64,000 bases of DNA from Treponemataceae bacterium (GTDB lineage: Bacteria; Spirochaetota; Spirochaetia; Treponematales; Rectinemataceae): positions 96,001 to 160,000 of the forward strand of contig CAXXGJ010000002.1 of the NCBI GenBank assembly GCA_963677895.2, read 5' to 3'. A model generated the notes under the pieces. That model was not told where the DNA came from, searched no databases, and was given only the letters and a program-made list of their open reading frames with translations. Below are positions 28,117-37,479 of this stretch, piece by piece. The stretch's first letter is position 1, and each line of letters begins with the position of its first letter. The translations under genes and the position numbers were made by a program.

Positions 28117-28228
28117 AGCGCAAGAAGCCAGGCACTGTGCTCGTAACCACTGCGGAACCCGCCAGGTCCGGAAGGAAGCAACGGTACGTGGAAGGTGCGG
28201 TGCCGCAGAGCGCCTGGCTTCTTGCGCT
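28117..28228 (+). ncRNA. ffs: Signal recognition particle RNA (4.5S)
   Basis: Domain IV motif CAGGTCCGGAAGGAAGCA within a long hairpin closed by agcgcaagaagccagg/cctggcttcttgcgct; upstream of dnaX. Confidence 0.92.
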
Positions 28229-28271
28229 TCAAGTGCTTTACCCTTCCACGCCTCCATGCTATTTTGATGCC

Positions 28272-30446
28272 ATGCCCTATGAAGTCACCGCGGCCAGAAA
28301 ACGCCCCCAATCATTCGAACAGCTCGCTGGCCAGGAGTTCGTCGCCGCCACCCTCGAGAAGTCCCTCGAGACCGGCAGGATAGCCCACGCCTATCTTTTT
28401 TCGGGTCCAAGGGGCTGCGGCAAGACAAGCACGGCGCGCATCCTCGCTAAGGCGCTCAACTGCGAAAAAGGTCCCACCGCCCAGCCCTGCGGCGTCTGCG
28501 ATTCCTGCATGTCGATAACGGCCGGTTCCTCCCTCGACGTGATCGAGATCGACGGCGCGTCGAACACCTCGGTCGAGAACGTGCGCCAGATAAAGGATGA
28601 GGTTCTTTTCCCGCCCAATTCCAGCCGCTATAAAATATACATCATCGACGAAGTCCATATGCTCTCGACGAGCGCCTTCAACGCCCTGCTGAAGACGATC
28701 GAGGAGCCGCCGCCCTACGTGATTTTCATGTTCGCCACGACCGAGCAGCACAAGGTGCCGGCTACGATCAAGAGCCGCTGCCAGCAGTTCACGTTCAGGC
28801 TCGTATCCTCCGACGTGGTCGTGCGGCTTCTCGCCGCCGCCGCCGCCGATCTCGGCGTGACCGCCGAACCCGAGGCTCTGCTCTGGATCGCCCGCGAATC
28901 GGGCGGCTCCGTGCGCGACGCTTACACCCTCTTCGACCAGGTAGTCTCCTTCGCCGAAGGCCACATCACGGCGGCCCTTATCCGCGAAAAGCTCGGCCTC
29001 GTAGGACAGGACAGGATGAACGCGCTTTTCGGGCTTTTCGTCGCGGGCGATACAGCGGGCTCCCTTTCGGCCTTGGACTCGATTCTCGGCGGCGGCGTTT
29101 CGCCAGAGCAGTTTGTGGCCGACACCGTCGAGTACTGCAGGGCTCTGCTTCTCATCAAGCACGGCCTCACGCGCGAGAGCATCCTCGGCGCCCCGCTTTC
29201 CTCCTTCGATCTTTCGATCACCGAGGCCTTGTCGGGCGAACGCATCGAGCGCGTCCTCTCGACCTTCCTGTCCGCGTACAGAAATCTGAAAGAGTCCATC
29301 GATCCCCGCTACGAACTGGACCTCGCCGTGGCGAAGGCTTCCCATATCGGGAGCTACGTGCCGCCCTCCGATCTCGTCCGCGCCGTGGGCACGCTCAAGC
29401 GCTATCTCGAGAAGAACGCCCCGATGACCGCGGCCCCCGCTTCGGCGGCCACCCGGGCTCCGGCGCCGGTCCCAATCCCGGAACAGATCCGGACAGCGGC
29501 CGCCCCAATGGCATCGGCCGCCTCAATGGCATCGGCCGCCCCCGCGGCCTCACCCGCCTCTCCGGTCCCGGCCGCTCCTTCGGTAAGTGCCCAGGTCGCT
29601 CCTTCTGTCGCCGCCCAGCCCGCCGTTTCATTCGGGGGCATCGATCCCGCGAAGCTGCCGGAACTCAAGAAAATCCTCGTCGCCGACATAAAGAAGAATA
29701 ACGTGCTCCTCGCCACGGCCCTGGACAAGAGCCGTTCCTGGCATCTCAAGGGGCAGACGCTTTCCATCTCGGTGACGAAACAGATGGACTGCGACCTCCT
29801 CAGGCGATTCCTCGCCATCATCGCCGAAGTGCTGGCCGTGAGAGTGGGCTCTCCCCAGAAGATCGAAGTGACGCTGGCGGCGGAGGATATTCCCGAGGAG
29901 AGCCAAGGCCAAGGTGATTCCCCTTTTGATTCCCCCGGCGCGGACGCCGGGTTCGCTTCTCAGGGAATCAACGAGGCTCAGGGCGTCGGCGCTGGAGCCG
30001 TTGGAGTGCCTGGAGGCTCTGGAGCCTCCGGAGGCGCCGAAGGCGAAGCCCGCTTGCCGGGATCCTTCAACGAGCGGCCGCGGGAAGATCGACAGGAAAA
30101 CAGGCAGGCTCGAGGACAGCAGCCTAAGCCCGATTCCGGCAGAGGCCAGGCCAACCCCGTGAATGTACCGCAGGTGAGCCTTCCCGAAAGGGAGGCGATC
30201 GGCATGGTCGAACGCCTTTTTAAAGGGAATCTCGCGGGCTATTCGCATGCCGCGCAGGCGGCGGCTTCAAGTACGGCGGCTCCAGGTTCGCCGGCCCAAA
30301 GCCCGATGGCGCCAGGTTTAGCCACGTCCGGCTCAGCGGCGCGGAGACCCGTCGGACGGGGCCCGACGGAAGAAGACTCTGAAATGAACGACGACAGGGC
30401 CGCTACCTATAGTCCCGATATCGACGAAAACGAAACATCAGAATAA
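28272..30446 (+). CDS. dnaX: DNA polymerase III subunit gamma/tau
   Basis: RKRPQSF, HAYLFSGPRGCGKT, EIDGASN, IIDEVHMLS, SRCQ; long Pro/Ala/Gly-rich C-terminal linkers. Confidence 0.96.
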   Translation: MPYEVTAARKRPQSFEQLAGQEFVAATLEKSLETGRIAHAYLFSGPRGCGKTSTARILAKALNCEKGPTAQPCGVCDSCMSITAGSSLDVIEIDGASNTSVENVRQIKDEVLFPPNSSRYKIYIIDEVHMLSTSAFNALLKTIEEPPPYVIFMFATTEQHKVPATIKSRCQQFTFRLVSSDVVVRLLAAAAADLGVTAEPEALLWIARESGGSVRDAYTLFDQVVSFAEGHITAALIREKLGLVGQDRMNALFGLFVAGDTAGSLSALDSILGGGVSPEQFVADTVEYCRALLLIKHGLTRESILGAPLSSFDLSITEALSGERIERVLSTFLSAYRNLKESIDPRYELDLAVAKASHIGSYVPPSDLVRAVGTLKRYLEKNAPMTAAPASAATRAPAPVPIPEQIRTAAAPMASAASMASAAPAASPASPVPAAPSVSAQVAPSVAAQPAVSFGGIDPAKLPELKKILVADIKKNNVLLATALDKSRSWHLKGQTLSISVTKQMDCDLLRRFLAIIAEVLAVRVGSPQKIEVTLAAEDIPEESQGQGDSPFDSPGADAGFASQGINEAQGVGAGAVGVPGGSGASGGAEGEARLPGSFNERPREDRQENRQARGQQPKPDSGRGQANPVNVPQVSLPEREAIGMVERLFKGNLAGYSHAAQAAASSTAAPGSPAQSPMAPGLATSGSAARRPVGRGPTEEDSEMNDDRAATYSPDIDENETSE

Positions 30447-30457
30447 GAGGATACGTT

Positions 30458-30799
30458 ATGGAAATTTCGGATCTCATGAACATGCTCAAGAATCCCCAGG
30501 CCATCCAAGCCAAGGCCAACGAACTGAAGCAGAAAACGGCAGCCCTCAGGGCTACGGGCCAGTCGGGGGGCGGCATGGTAAAAGTCACCCTTTCGGGCGA
30601 AATGGAAATGCTCGAATGCTCGATAGCCCCGGAAGCCGTCGACCCCTCCGACCCTAAAATGCTCGAAGATCTCATCCGCGCCGCTCACCACGACGCCGCC
30701 GAACGCATCCAGGAATCCATACGGACGCAGATGGCGGAGATGATGGGCGGCATGCCTCCGGGAATGTTCGGCGGCGGGAATCCCTTCGGAGGATTCTGA
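30458..30799 (+). CDS. ybaB: YbaB/EbfC nucleoid-associated protein
   Basis: GQSGGGMVKVTLSG, MLEDLIRAA; between dnaX and recR. Confidence 0.92.
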   Translation: MEISDLMNMLKNPQAIQAKANELKQKTAALRATGQSGGGMVKVTLSGEMEMLECSIAPEAVDPSDPKMLEDLIRAAHHDAAERIQESIRTQMAEMMGGMPPGMFGGGNPFGGF

Positions 30800-31422
30800 T
30801 GCGAGCCCTCGAGGATCTCGTTTCGCTGCTCACCCGGCTTCCGGGCATCGGCCGGAAAAGCGCGCTCCGCATGGCCTATTATCTTCTGAAGGCCGACCAG
30901 CGCTATGCCGAAGCCCTCTCCGAGCGCATCGCGAAACTGCAGAGCGAAATCAGGTTCTGTTCCGTCTGCGGCTCCTACACGGAAACCGACCCCTGTCCCG
31001 TTTGCGACGGCCTCGATAGGGACCGCCGGATCATCTGCGTCGTCGAACAGCCCCAGGACGTTCTCACCATCGAGGCGTCGAAGGAATATAAAGGCCTCTA
31101 CCATGTCCTCGGCGGCCTTCTCTCGCCGCTTGACGGCATCGGCCCCGACAAGCTGCGGATAGCCTCCCTCGTGCAGAGGATCAGGACGGGCAGGAACGCT
31201 TCTCCTGAGGCCGCCGCTCTCCCCGGCCGGATCGAGGAAGTCGTGCTCGCGACCAATCCCACGGTCGAAGGGGACACGACAGCCCTGTACATAAAAAAAG
31301 TCTTGGAGAGAGAAGGCATCCAGGTGACCAGACTCGCGACGGGCATTCCCGTGGGCGGCGACCTGGAATATGCCGACCGCCTCACGCTCGCCCGCTCGTT
31401 TCATGGGAGAATGCCGCTGTGA
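30799..31422 (+). CDS. recR: Recombination mediator RecR
   Basis: LPGIGRKSA, C4 zinc finger, YHVLGGLLSPLDG, LATNPTVEG, GIPVGGDLEYAD. Confidence 0.96.
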   Translation: MRALEDLVSLLTRLPGIGRKSALRMAYYLLKADQRYAEALSERIAKLQSEIRFCSVCGSYTETDPCPVCDGLDRDRRIICVVEQPQDVLTIEASKEYKGLYHVLGGLLSPLDGIGPDKLRIASLVQRIRTGRNASPEAAALPGRIEEVVLATNPTVEGDTTALYIKKVLEREGIQVTRLATGIPVGGDLEYADRLTLARSFHGRMPL

Positions 31423-31450
31423 AGCGGCGCCAATCATCGGAGGTATCTGA

Positions 31451-31810
31451 ATGAAAGTCAGCGATATCGTGACAATACTCGACGCGAAGGTCTTCGCCGG
31501 CGGGAACCAGCTCGATCTCGAAGTCCAATCCGCCTGCGGGGCCGATCTCATGAGCGACGTCATGGCTTTCGTGAAGGAAAGGGTCGTTCTCCTGACCGGC
31601 CTGATGAATCCGCAGGCGCTCAGGACGGCCGATCTCCTCGACATCAAGGTGATCGTGTTCGTCCGCGGCAAGAAACCGACGGCCGACCTGCTGGAAATGG
31701 CCGATGAATCGAAAATGATACTCATGACGACCAAATATTCGATGTTCCTCGCCTGCGGCCGTCTCTACGAGGCGGGCTTGAGGGCCGGCGGCATCAGGGA
31801 AATTTCCTGA
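31451..31810 (+). CDS. DRTGG domain protein
   Basis: ACGADLMSDVM, VLLTGL, IVFVRGKKP. Confidence 0.82.
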   Translation: MKVSDIVTILDAKVFAGGNQLDLEVQSACGADLMSDVMAFVKERVVLLTGLMNPQALRTADLLDIKVIVFVRGKKPTADLLEMADESKMILMTTKYSMFLACGRLYEAGLRAGGIREIS

Positions 31811-31821
31811 AGGAATCCGGC

Positions 31822-32256
31822 GTGAAGCTCAATTTTTCCATACCTTCGATGGACTTTTCCGCGGCGGGAAAGGCTTCCACCGAGGTGAAGCGCCTCCTCG
31901 CGAGGCTGGGCCTCAATTCCGACCTCGTCAAGCGGATCGCGATAGCCATGTACGAGGGCGAAATGAACATCGCCATCCACGGCGGCGGGGGGGAGGCCGA
32001 AATGGAGCTCACGACGGACAAGGTGGGGATCACCCTCATCGATCATGGTCCGGGCATAGCCGATATAGACCTGGCTATGACGGAGGGCTTTTCCACGGCG
32101 AGCGAGGAAGTCCGGAACATGGGATTCGGCGCCGGCATGGGGCTTCCCAACATGAAGCGCAACGCCGACCTTATGGAACTGGAAAGCAAGGTAGGTCTGG
32201 GCACGAGAGTGCATCTGCTGTTCAGGCTCAATCCGGCGCAGGGCGCCAAAGCATAA
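31822..32256 (+). CDS. RsbW/RsbT-like Ser/Thr kinase (GHKL ATPase)
   Basis: AMYEGEMNIAIHG, DHGPGI, GFST, GFGAGMGLPNMK; GTG start. Confidence 0.85.
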   Translation: MKLNFSIPSMDFSAAGKASTEVKRLLARLGLNSDLVKRIAIAMYEGEMNIAIHGGGGEAEMELTTDKVGITLIDHGPGIADIDLAMTEGFSTASEEVRNMGFGAGMGLPNMKRNADLMELESKVGLGTRVHLLFRLNPAQGAKA

Positions 32257-32282
32257 ATCGGAATCAGGGGAAGGCGGCGCTG

Positions 32283-33656
32283 ATGGGCGGCAGCATTTTT
32301 CATTCGGTATATCTGGACTCCAGTCTCTGCGTCGGCTGCACGACCTGCGTCCGGCGATGCCCCACCCAAGCCATCCGCGTGAGGGACGGCAAGGCCCATA
32401 TCACCGAAGAACGCTGCATAGACTGCGGCGAGTGCATCCGCGCCTGTCCCAAAGGGGCGAAGAAATCGGTCTCCGATCCCCTGGCCGTGATGGGCGGCTA
32501 CGACATAAACGTGGCGCTTCCCGCGCCTTCGCTCTATGGACAGTTCGGCATCGATCATTCACCGGAACAGGTTTTCGCCGTGCTCCGGACCATAGGTTTC
32601 GACGAGGTTTTCGACGTGGCCTGGGGCGCCAAAGCCCTCACGGAATCCATAAGGGAATACGCCAAGGCCGATCTTCCGAGACCCCTCATTTCGAGCGCCT
32701 GTCCCGTGGTCGTCCGCCTCATCCAACTCCGCTTCCCCTCGCTCATACAGAACCTCGTGCCCTTCCTGCCGCCCGTCGAGGTGGCCGCGAGGGAAGTCCG
32801 CTCGCGTTTCGCGCGGGCGGGGGAGGCTTTCGCGAACAAGAGAGTGGGTATTTTCTTCCTCAGTCCCTGCACCTCCAAGGTGACGGCCATCAAAGCCCCC
32901 CTCGGCTACCACGCTTCCGAGGTGAATGCCGTATTCTCCTTTCAGGATATTTATGCGGCTTTGAAGAAGAACCTTAAGGCGGGTTCCGGAGCCTCCGAGG
33001 GCGACAGGACCGGGCGTTCGTCCGCTTTGCCGAGGATCCGGGAGCTGGGAAGCGGCTTTGGCTGGGCACGTTCCGACGGCGAACTCGAATCGCTGGACAT
33101 CCCGGGCGCGGTCTCCGTCGATGGCATAGGCAACGTGATCGCCCTGCTCGAGGAGATCGACAACGGCAAGCTCGGGGAACTGCCCTACATCGAAGCCCTG
33201 GCCTGCCCTGGCGGATGCGTCGGGGGGCCTATGGCCGTGGCCAACCCCCATGTCGCCAGGACGACCATCAAAGCCATAGCGAAAAAGGAATCGGCCGAAT
33301 CCGTCCGCCCGGCCAACGGAGCCTCCGCGCCGCCTTCCGGAACGTTCGCGCCGCCTTCCGGAAAGGCCGGGCCGGCGAATTTCAGGCCGCTACTCTGGGA
33401 TGAAGAACTCCTTCCCAAACCGGTGATGGTCCTCGACAGGGACATGGAAAAGGCGCTCGCGATGGCGGAAGCGCTCGAGGAAATAGCGGCCGGTCTGCCG
33501 GGTCTGGACTGCGGCGCCTGCGGAGCGCCGGATTGTCGCGCTTTTGCCGAAGATATCGTTAAGGGCTGCGCGAAAATTGACGATTGTATAGTGCGGATGA
33601 AAGAGAAATCGGCTAAGATAACCGGAATTCAAAATTCAGCCGGGATGGCCGAATAG
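32283..33656 (+). CDS. [FeFe]-hydrogenase-like protein, putative sensory type (2x[4Fe-4S] + H-domain + C-terminal FeS domain)
   Basis: Two CxxCxxCxxxCP; ISSACP, SPCTSK, EALACPGGCVGG; LPGLDCGACGAPDC. Confidence 0.85.
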   Translation: MGGSIFHSVYLDSSLCVGCTTCVRRCPTQAIRVRDGKAHITEERCIDCGECIRACPKGAKKSVSDPLAVMGGYDINVALPAPSLYGQFGIDHSPEQVFAVLRTIGFDEVFDVAWGAKALTESIREYAKADLPRPLISSACPVVVRLIQLRFPSLIQNLVPFLPPVEVAAREVRSRFARAGEAFANKRVGIFFLSPCTSKVTAIKAPLGYHASEVNAVFSFQDIYAALKKNLKAGSGASEGDRTGRSSALPRIRELGSGFGWARSDGELESLDIPGAVSVDGIGNVIALLEEIDNGKLGELPYIEALACPGGCVGGPMAVANPHVARTTIKAIAKKESAESVRPANGASAPPSGTFAPPSGKAGPANFRPLLWDEELLPKPVMVLDRDMEKALAMAEALEEIAAGLPGLDCGACGAPDCRAFAEDIVKGCAKIDDCIVRMKEKSAKITGIQNSAGMAE

Positions 33657-33668
33657 AGTCAGGGAAAT

Positions 33669-33697
33669 TTGACAAATGCTCTAAAGATCATTATAGT
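33669..33697 (+). promoter_or_regulatory. Sigma70-type promoter
   Basis: TTGACA-17 nt-TATAGT. Confidence 0.7.
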
Positions 33698-33810
33698 GAT
33701 AATTTAGGGTACGTCTCGTATAATAATGCAACAAACGGTGTACTTTGCAGACTGTCGCGCCCGAAGGCATGTGCCGCTGTCGCAGATAACGTCCGGGAGA
33801 GGGGTCGTTC

Positions 33811-35262
33811 TTGAATAAAAAAGACTTTCCGCGTGTCCATTTTTACGACCAGGACTTTGTAGAAATATACGACCGCACATGGGCCTGGGTTGCCGACTGC
33901 TGGGCCTCGGGCGGAGCCGAAAGCGGCTTCGACAAGATCAAGTTTTTCCATTATCCTCAAAAACCCGTCCTCGACGTGATGGAACAGGTTTTTTCTTCTT
34001 TTTTCCTGGTCTACAGCAATAGGATATTTTCCGCGTCCAATGGCCTCGACGCTCTCTATGGCCTCCAGGAAGCCGACGGAGCCATCAGGGCAACCTACGA
34101 TATGGAGACTGGCAAGCCAGTTTTCTCCCCTGAAAACCCCGAAGGCCTCATTTTACCTCTCTTCGCCTGGGCGGAGTACAACCTTTATCACAAGACGGCC
34201 AACAAGAAACGCGTCAAGGACGTAATGCCCGCCCTCAGGAAGCACTACAAGTGGCTCGAGAGCAATTTCAAGGGCGCGAACGGTCTCTACTCGGCGCCGA
34301 TTGCCGCCAGCGGCTTGAGCAATTCACCCCGCGAGGGAGCCCGCTACCTGGTCGATTTCAATGCCGTCATGGCGATGAACGCGCTCTATATCTCGGCCCT
34401 CGGTGACATTCTCAACGACAAGGATATTTCCTTCCAGTTCAAGCGCGACTATTTCTCGCTCAAGACGAGAGTGAACGGCAAGATGTGGAACGCCGAGGAT
34501 GGATTCTACTACGACCTCGACGAGCAGGAAAAACACGTCAAGGTGAAGACAATAGGTTCCTATTGGCTGCTTCTGGCCGAGATCCCCAACGAAGACAGGG
34601 CCGAGAAGCTTGTGGCCAAACTCAAGGACGCCACCTGCTTCGGCACGGAGAATCCCTTCCCGACCTTGTCGGCGGACGATCCCCATTACGATAAAAAGGG
34701 CAACGGCTATCGCGGTTCGGTCGTGACCGCTTTCACCTTCATGGTGATCAAGGGGCTGGAAAAGTACAACTTCTACGAATTCGCCCGCGACTGCGCCATA
34801 AGGCACCTCTATTTCATACTGGATTCGATGCACGCGGGAACGGAACACGCCGAGGGGAACCATCAGAAAGAGCATAAGCCCATCGTCTGGGGAGCCTACC
34901 AGCCTCAATCCGAGGGCAAGGCCTCCTGGGACGGACATCCCGACTGGCCCTATCCGCACTACCTGCCCTTCAATGGCCTCGCCAGCGTCACCCTGATGAT
35001 CGAAAATATCGTGGGACTCTATGTTTCCCTGCCGAGGAAGACGGTCGACTGGATCGTCCCCAACCTCGAGATCATGGGCATCGAGAACCTCTCCCTCAAG
35101 CGGAACATGGTCACGATCCTTTCGAGCAAATCCGGGCGTGGCTGGGAAATCCATATGGAGAGCGAAAAACTCTATTACTTCACCATCAACGTGCTCAACA
35201 AGAAAAAGAAAACCCTGCCCATCCCCTCGGGCAAGTGTTCCATGCTCATCGATAAAATTTAG
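33811..35262 (+). CDS. MGH1/GH63/trehalase-like glycoside hydrolase
   Basis: PLFAWAE, SGLSNSPR, MWNAEDGFYYD, PTLSADDPHY, YRGSV; TTG start with SD. Confidence 0.75.
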   Translation: MNKKDFPRVHFYDQDFVEIYDRTWAWVADCWASGGAESGFDKIKFFHYPQKPVLDVMEQVFSSFFLVYSNRIFSASNGLDALYGLQEADGAIRATYDMETGKPVFSPENPEGLILPLFAWAEYNLYHKTANKKRVKDVMPALRKHYKWLESNFKGANGLYSAPIAASGLSNSPREGARYLVDFNAVMAMNALYISALGDILNDKDISFQFKRDYFSLKTRVNGKMWNAEDGFYYDLDEQEKHVKVKTIGSYWLLLAEIPNEDRAEKLVAKLKDATCFGTENPFPTLSADDPHYDKKGNGYRGSVVTAFTFMVIKGLEKYNFYEFARDCAIRHLYFILDSMHAGTEHAEGNHQKEHKPIVWGAYQPQSEGKASWDGHPDWPYPHYLPFNGLASVTLMIENIVGLYVSLPRKTVDWIVPNLEIMGIENLSLKRNMVTILSSKSGRGWEIHMESEKLYYFTINVLNKKKKTLPIPSGKCSMLIDKI

Positions 35263-35273
35263 AACCGTCTCGT

Positions 35274-35906
35274 TTACGAGACGAGGCTCGCCACCGACAC
35301 GAAATGGGCTATCGCCGCCAGAAGCACGAAAATATGCCAGATCTCGTGGAAGCCGAATTTGCCGGGGAAGAAATTGCCCTTTTTCGTCGCGTAGACCAGA
35401 GCTCCCAGCGAATATAGCAGCCCTCCCGCCATAAGCCAAGCGAGCGTCCAGGGCGTCAGCTTCGCCAGGAATTCCCTCGCGGCGAACACGCTGAGCCAGC
35501 CCATCCCGACATAGATGCCCGCCGTCACTCCCCTCGGAAGTCCGATAATGAACATCGTGAAGACGACTCCCGCCGCGGCCAAGGCCCATATGACGGCCAG
35601 AAGGCCCCAGCGCCAGAAGCCGGAAAAAGCGATGACGCAGAAGGGGGTGTAGGTGCCGGCGATGAGCGTGTAGATGGCGGCGTGATCGAATTTCCTCAGC
35701 CGGACGAGGGTTTCCGGGGGAGCCTCTGAGGCGTGGTAGATACCGCTCGCCATGAATAAGGTGAGGAGACAGAGGCTGTAGACCAGGAGGGAGAGTGTAC
35801 CTATTAGGCTGCCGGCGCCGCGGAGGAGAAGCCAACCCGCGGCGGGCAAGGCGAGCGCGGCGCCGGCCAGGTGAGATAGGCTATTGAAGGGTTCCCTGAT
35901 CCGCAT
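35274..35906 (-). CDS. Hemolysin III / PAQR family membrane protein
   Basis: EPFNSLSH, SGIYH, DHAAIYTLIAGTYTP, FHEIWHIFV. Confidence 0.92.
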   Translation of the reverse strand: MRIREPFNSLSHLAGAALALPAAGWLLLRGAGSLIGTLSLLVYSLCLLTLFMASGIYHASEAPPETLVRLRKFDHAAIYTLIAGTYTPFCVIAFSGFWRWGLLAVIWALAAAGVVFTMFIIGLPRGVTAGIYVGMGWLSVFAAREFLAKLTPWTLAWLMAGGLLYSLGALVYATKKGNFFPGKFGFHEIWHIFVLLAAIAHFVSVASLVS

Positions 35907-35913
35907 GCCCGGT

Positions 35914-36597
35914 TCAGCCGGCCTTGACGATGATCGACCCCATCAGGGCAAGTCCCGAAATATCGACCCAGGGCTGGCGCCTGTCGACCCGCTGCTCGAC
36001 TGAAGAATGGATATTGGCTTCGCCCATGAAGGGGAAGGCCGACATTTTGACGGGCAGGCCATAGGGGACGAGGATCCTGATTTCGCCCATGATGGCGATG
36101 GCGTCGATCTTGAGACGTCCGGGAGGGAGGGCGGTGTTGCGCAGGTCGAGGGTGGTGCTTCCCATCAGCGTGAAGCTCGTGGCCTGGTCCGAATTGAGCC
36201 AGTCGCCGGCCATTTTTCTGTCGCCCATGACGCAAAGCGAAAACTCCGGGCTTCCGTTGCGTTCTTCCACGAAGAGGTCTTCCACGGGAGGAGCCGCGGG
36301 GCGGCGGTAAGAAGATGGGCGGCTGGTGGCGTCGCGGTCGGAAGTCCGGCGGCTGGCGTCCAGGTGTCCGCGTCCCGTTTCGCGGGGCAGTTCCTGGGGC
36401 GGCAGGTCGGCGGTCTGCGTATAGATGTCGCGCAGGTCTGTCGCCCTCTGGATTTTCTCAGCCCGGACTTCATAGTCTTCGATGTTGATTTTGCCCAGGG
36501 CGAAAGCCGAGGTTATGGCATCGAGCGCGCTTTGTCTTTCCCGATCCATTTCATTGTTTCCGCCCGCGCCCGGCACGGAATCATAGCGGTCGTTCAT
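35914..36597 (-). CDS. DUF1707 + LiaF-like C-terminal domain protein
   Basis: DRERQSALDAITSAFALGKINIEDYEVR (DUF1707); MGSTTLDLR, MGEIRILVP (LiaF-like). Confidence 0.7.
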   Translation of the reverse strand: MNDRYDSVPGAGGNNEMDRERQSALDAITSAFALGKINIEDYEVRAEKIQRATDLRDIYTQTADLPPQELPRETGRGHLDASRRTSDRDATSRPSSYRRPAAPPVEDLFVEERNGSPEFSLCVMGDRKMAGDWLNSDQATSFTLMGSTTLDLRNTALPPGRLKIDAIAIMGEIRILVPYGLPVKMSAFPFMGEANIHSSVEQRVDRRQPWVDISGLALMGSIIVKAG

Positions 36598-36759
36598 GGT
36601 CCGCTCCTTGTGGCCCGCTTGGCGCCACCTTCCTGAATTTGGCGGCCCGCCAAAGGGTGGCGCCGCGCTTGTGCCTAAAATACTGGATATCGGTAAAAAA
36701 ATCCACTATTTCCGCACGAGACGTGGATGGAGCCTCACCGGAAAGTGAGGCCGTCGTGT

Positions 36760-37479
36760 TCATCCGATAAGCGTGCCGACGAAGGTTTTGCCGTCCAGGA
36801 TGCGGAAAACGTTGTCGAGATCCTTGCCCGCGGCGCAGATCACCCGGATGTCGGCGGCCTCGGCGCGCGCCGAGGCGATGGGGTCGAAGGGCAGGTTGGC
36901 GCCCGGCGTCCAGGTCGAGCCTACCATGGCCCGGAAATCCTTCCAGGAGATGGTGTCGATGGGCGTGGCCGTCGGGTCCTTCTTGGGGTCGGCGGTGTAG
37001 ACCTTGGCGATGTTGGATAGATTGAGCACGGTCTTGGCGCCGAAACGCTCGCCCAGATAGACCGCGTCGTAATCGCTCGAAAAGCCCGGCTTCCAGCCCG
37101 AGGCGACCAGCACTTTTCCCGTGAAGACGAAGGCCGCCGAGGGGTCGGTGACCACGTCGTCGGCGCAGAGGTCGCCCATGGCCGCCTTCACGAGCTGGGC
37201 ATTGATGCGCGTCGCGGCGATGCCGATCCAGTCGAGGGCTTCGTTGGAGCCCGGGGCTTCACTGGAGCCCGAGGCCTCTCCCCGACGCCGCCAGAATTCC
37301 TTCAGCGCGGTCTGGTAGGAACGGGCGGGACCGCCCCCGCCGATGACGAGTATGGCCCGGCGATCCACGGCTTCGGCCAGCCAGGATTCGAGGCGCTGGC
37401 GGAATTCCACGAGAAAGGCGACATCGGGGCCTTCAGGCGGGGCGACTATGGAACCGCCCAGAGACAGGACACAGGTCAT
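36760..37479 (-). CDS. pyrH: UMP kinase, archaeal-type
   Basis: VLSLGGS, GGGGPARSY, DWIGIAATRINAQL, GWKPGFSSDYDA, VYTADP, PFDPIA. Confidence 0.9.
   Translation of the reverse strand: MTCVLSLGGSIVAPPEGPDVAFLVEFRQRLESWLAEAVDRRAILVIGGGGPARSYQTALKEFWRRRGEASGSSEAPGSNEALDWIGIAATRINAQLVKAAMGDLCADDVVTDPSAAFVFTGKVLVASGWKPGFSSDYDAVYLGERFGAKTVLNLSNIAKVYTADPKKDPTATPIDTISWKDFRAMVGSTWTPGANLPFDPIASARAEAADIRVICAAGKDLDNVFRILDGKTFVGTLIG

Noticed and set aside
28272..30446. Programmed -1 frameshift in dnaX
   Set aside because: No A AAA AAG or long A-run slippery site seen in the expected region; the ORF is continuous.
33769..33788. atgtgccgctgtcgcagata resembles the island regulon motif
   Set aside because: Has an inserted base and lacks the CACA half-site, so TGTG-N8-CACA spacing is broken; it lies downstream of a full TTGACA/TATAGT promoter.
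36760..37479. Archaeal-type UMP kinase as recent transfer
   Set aside because: This type is known from spirochaetes and its codon style matches the neighbours.
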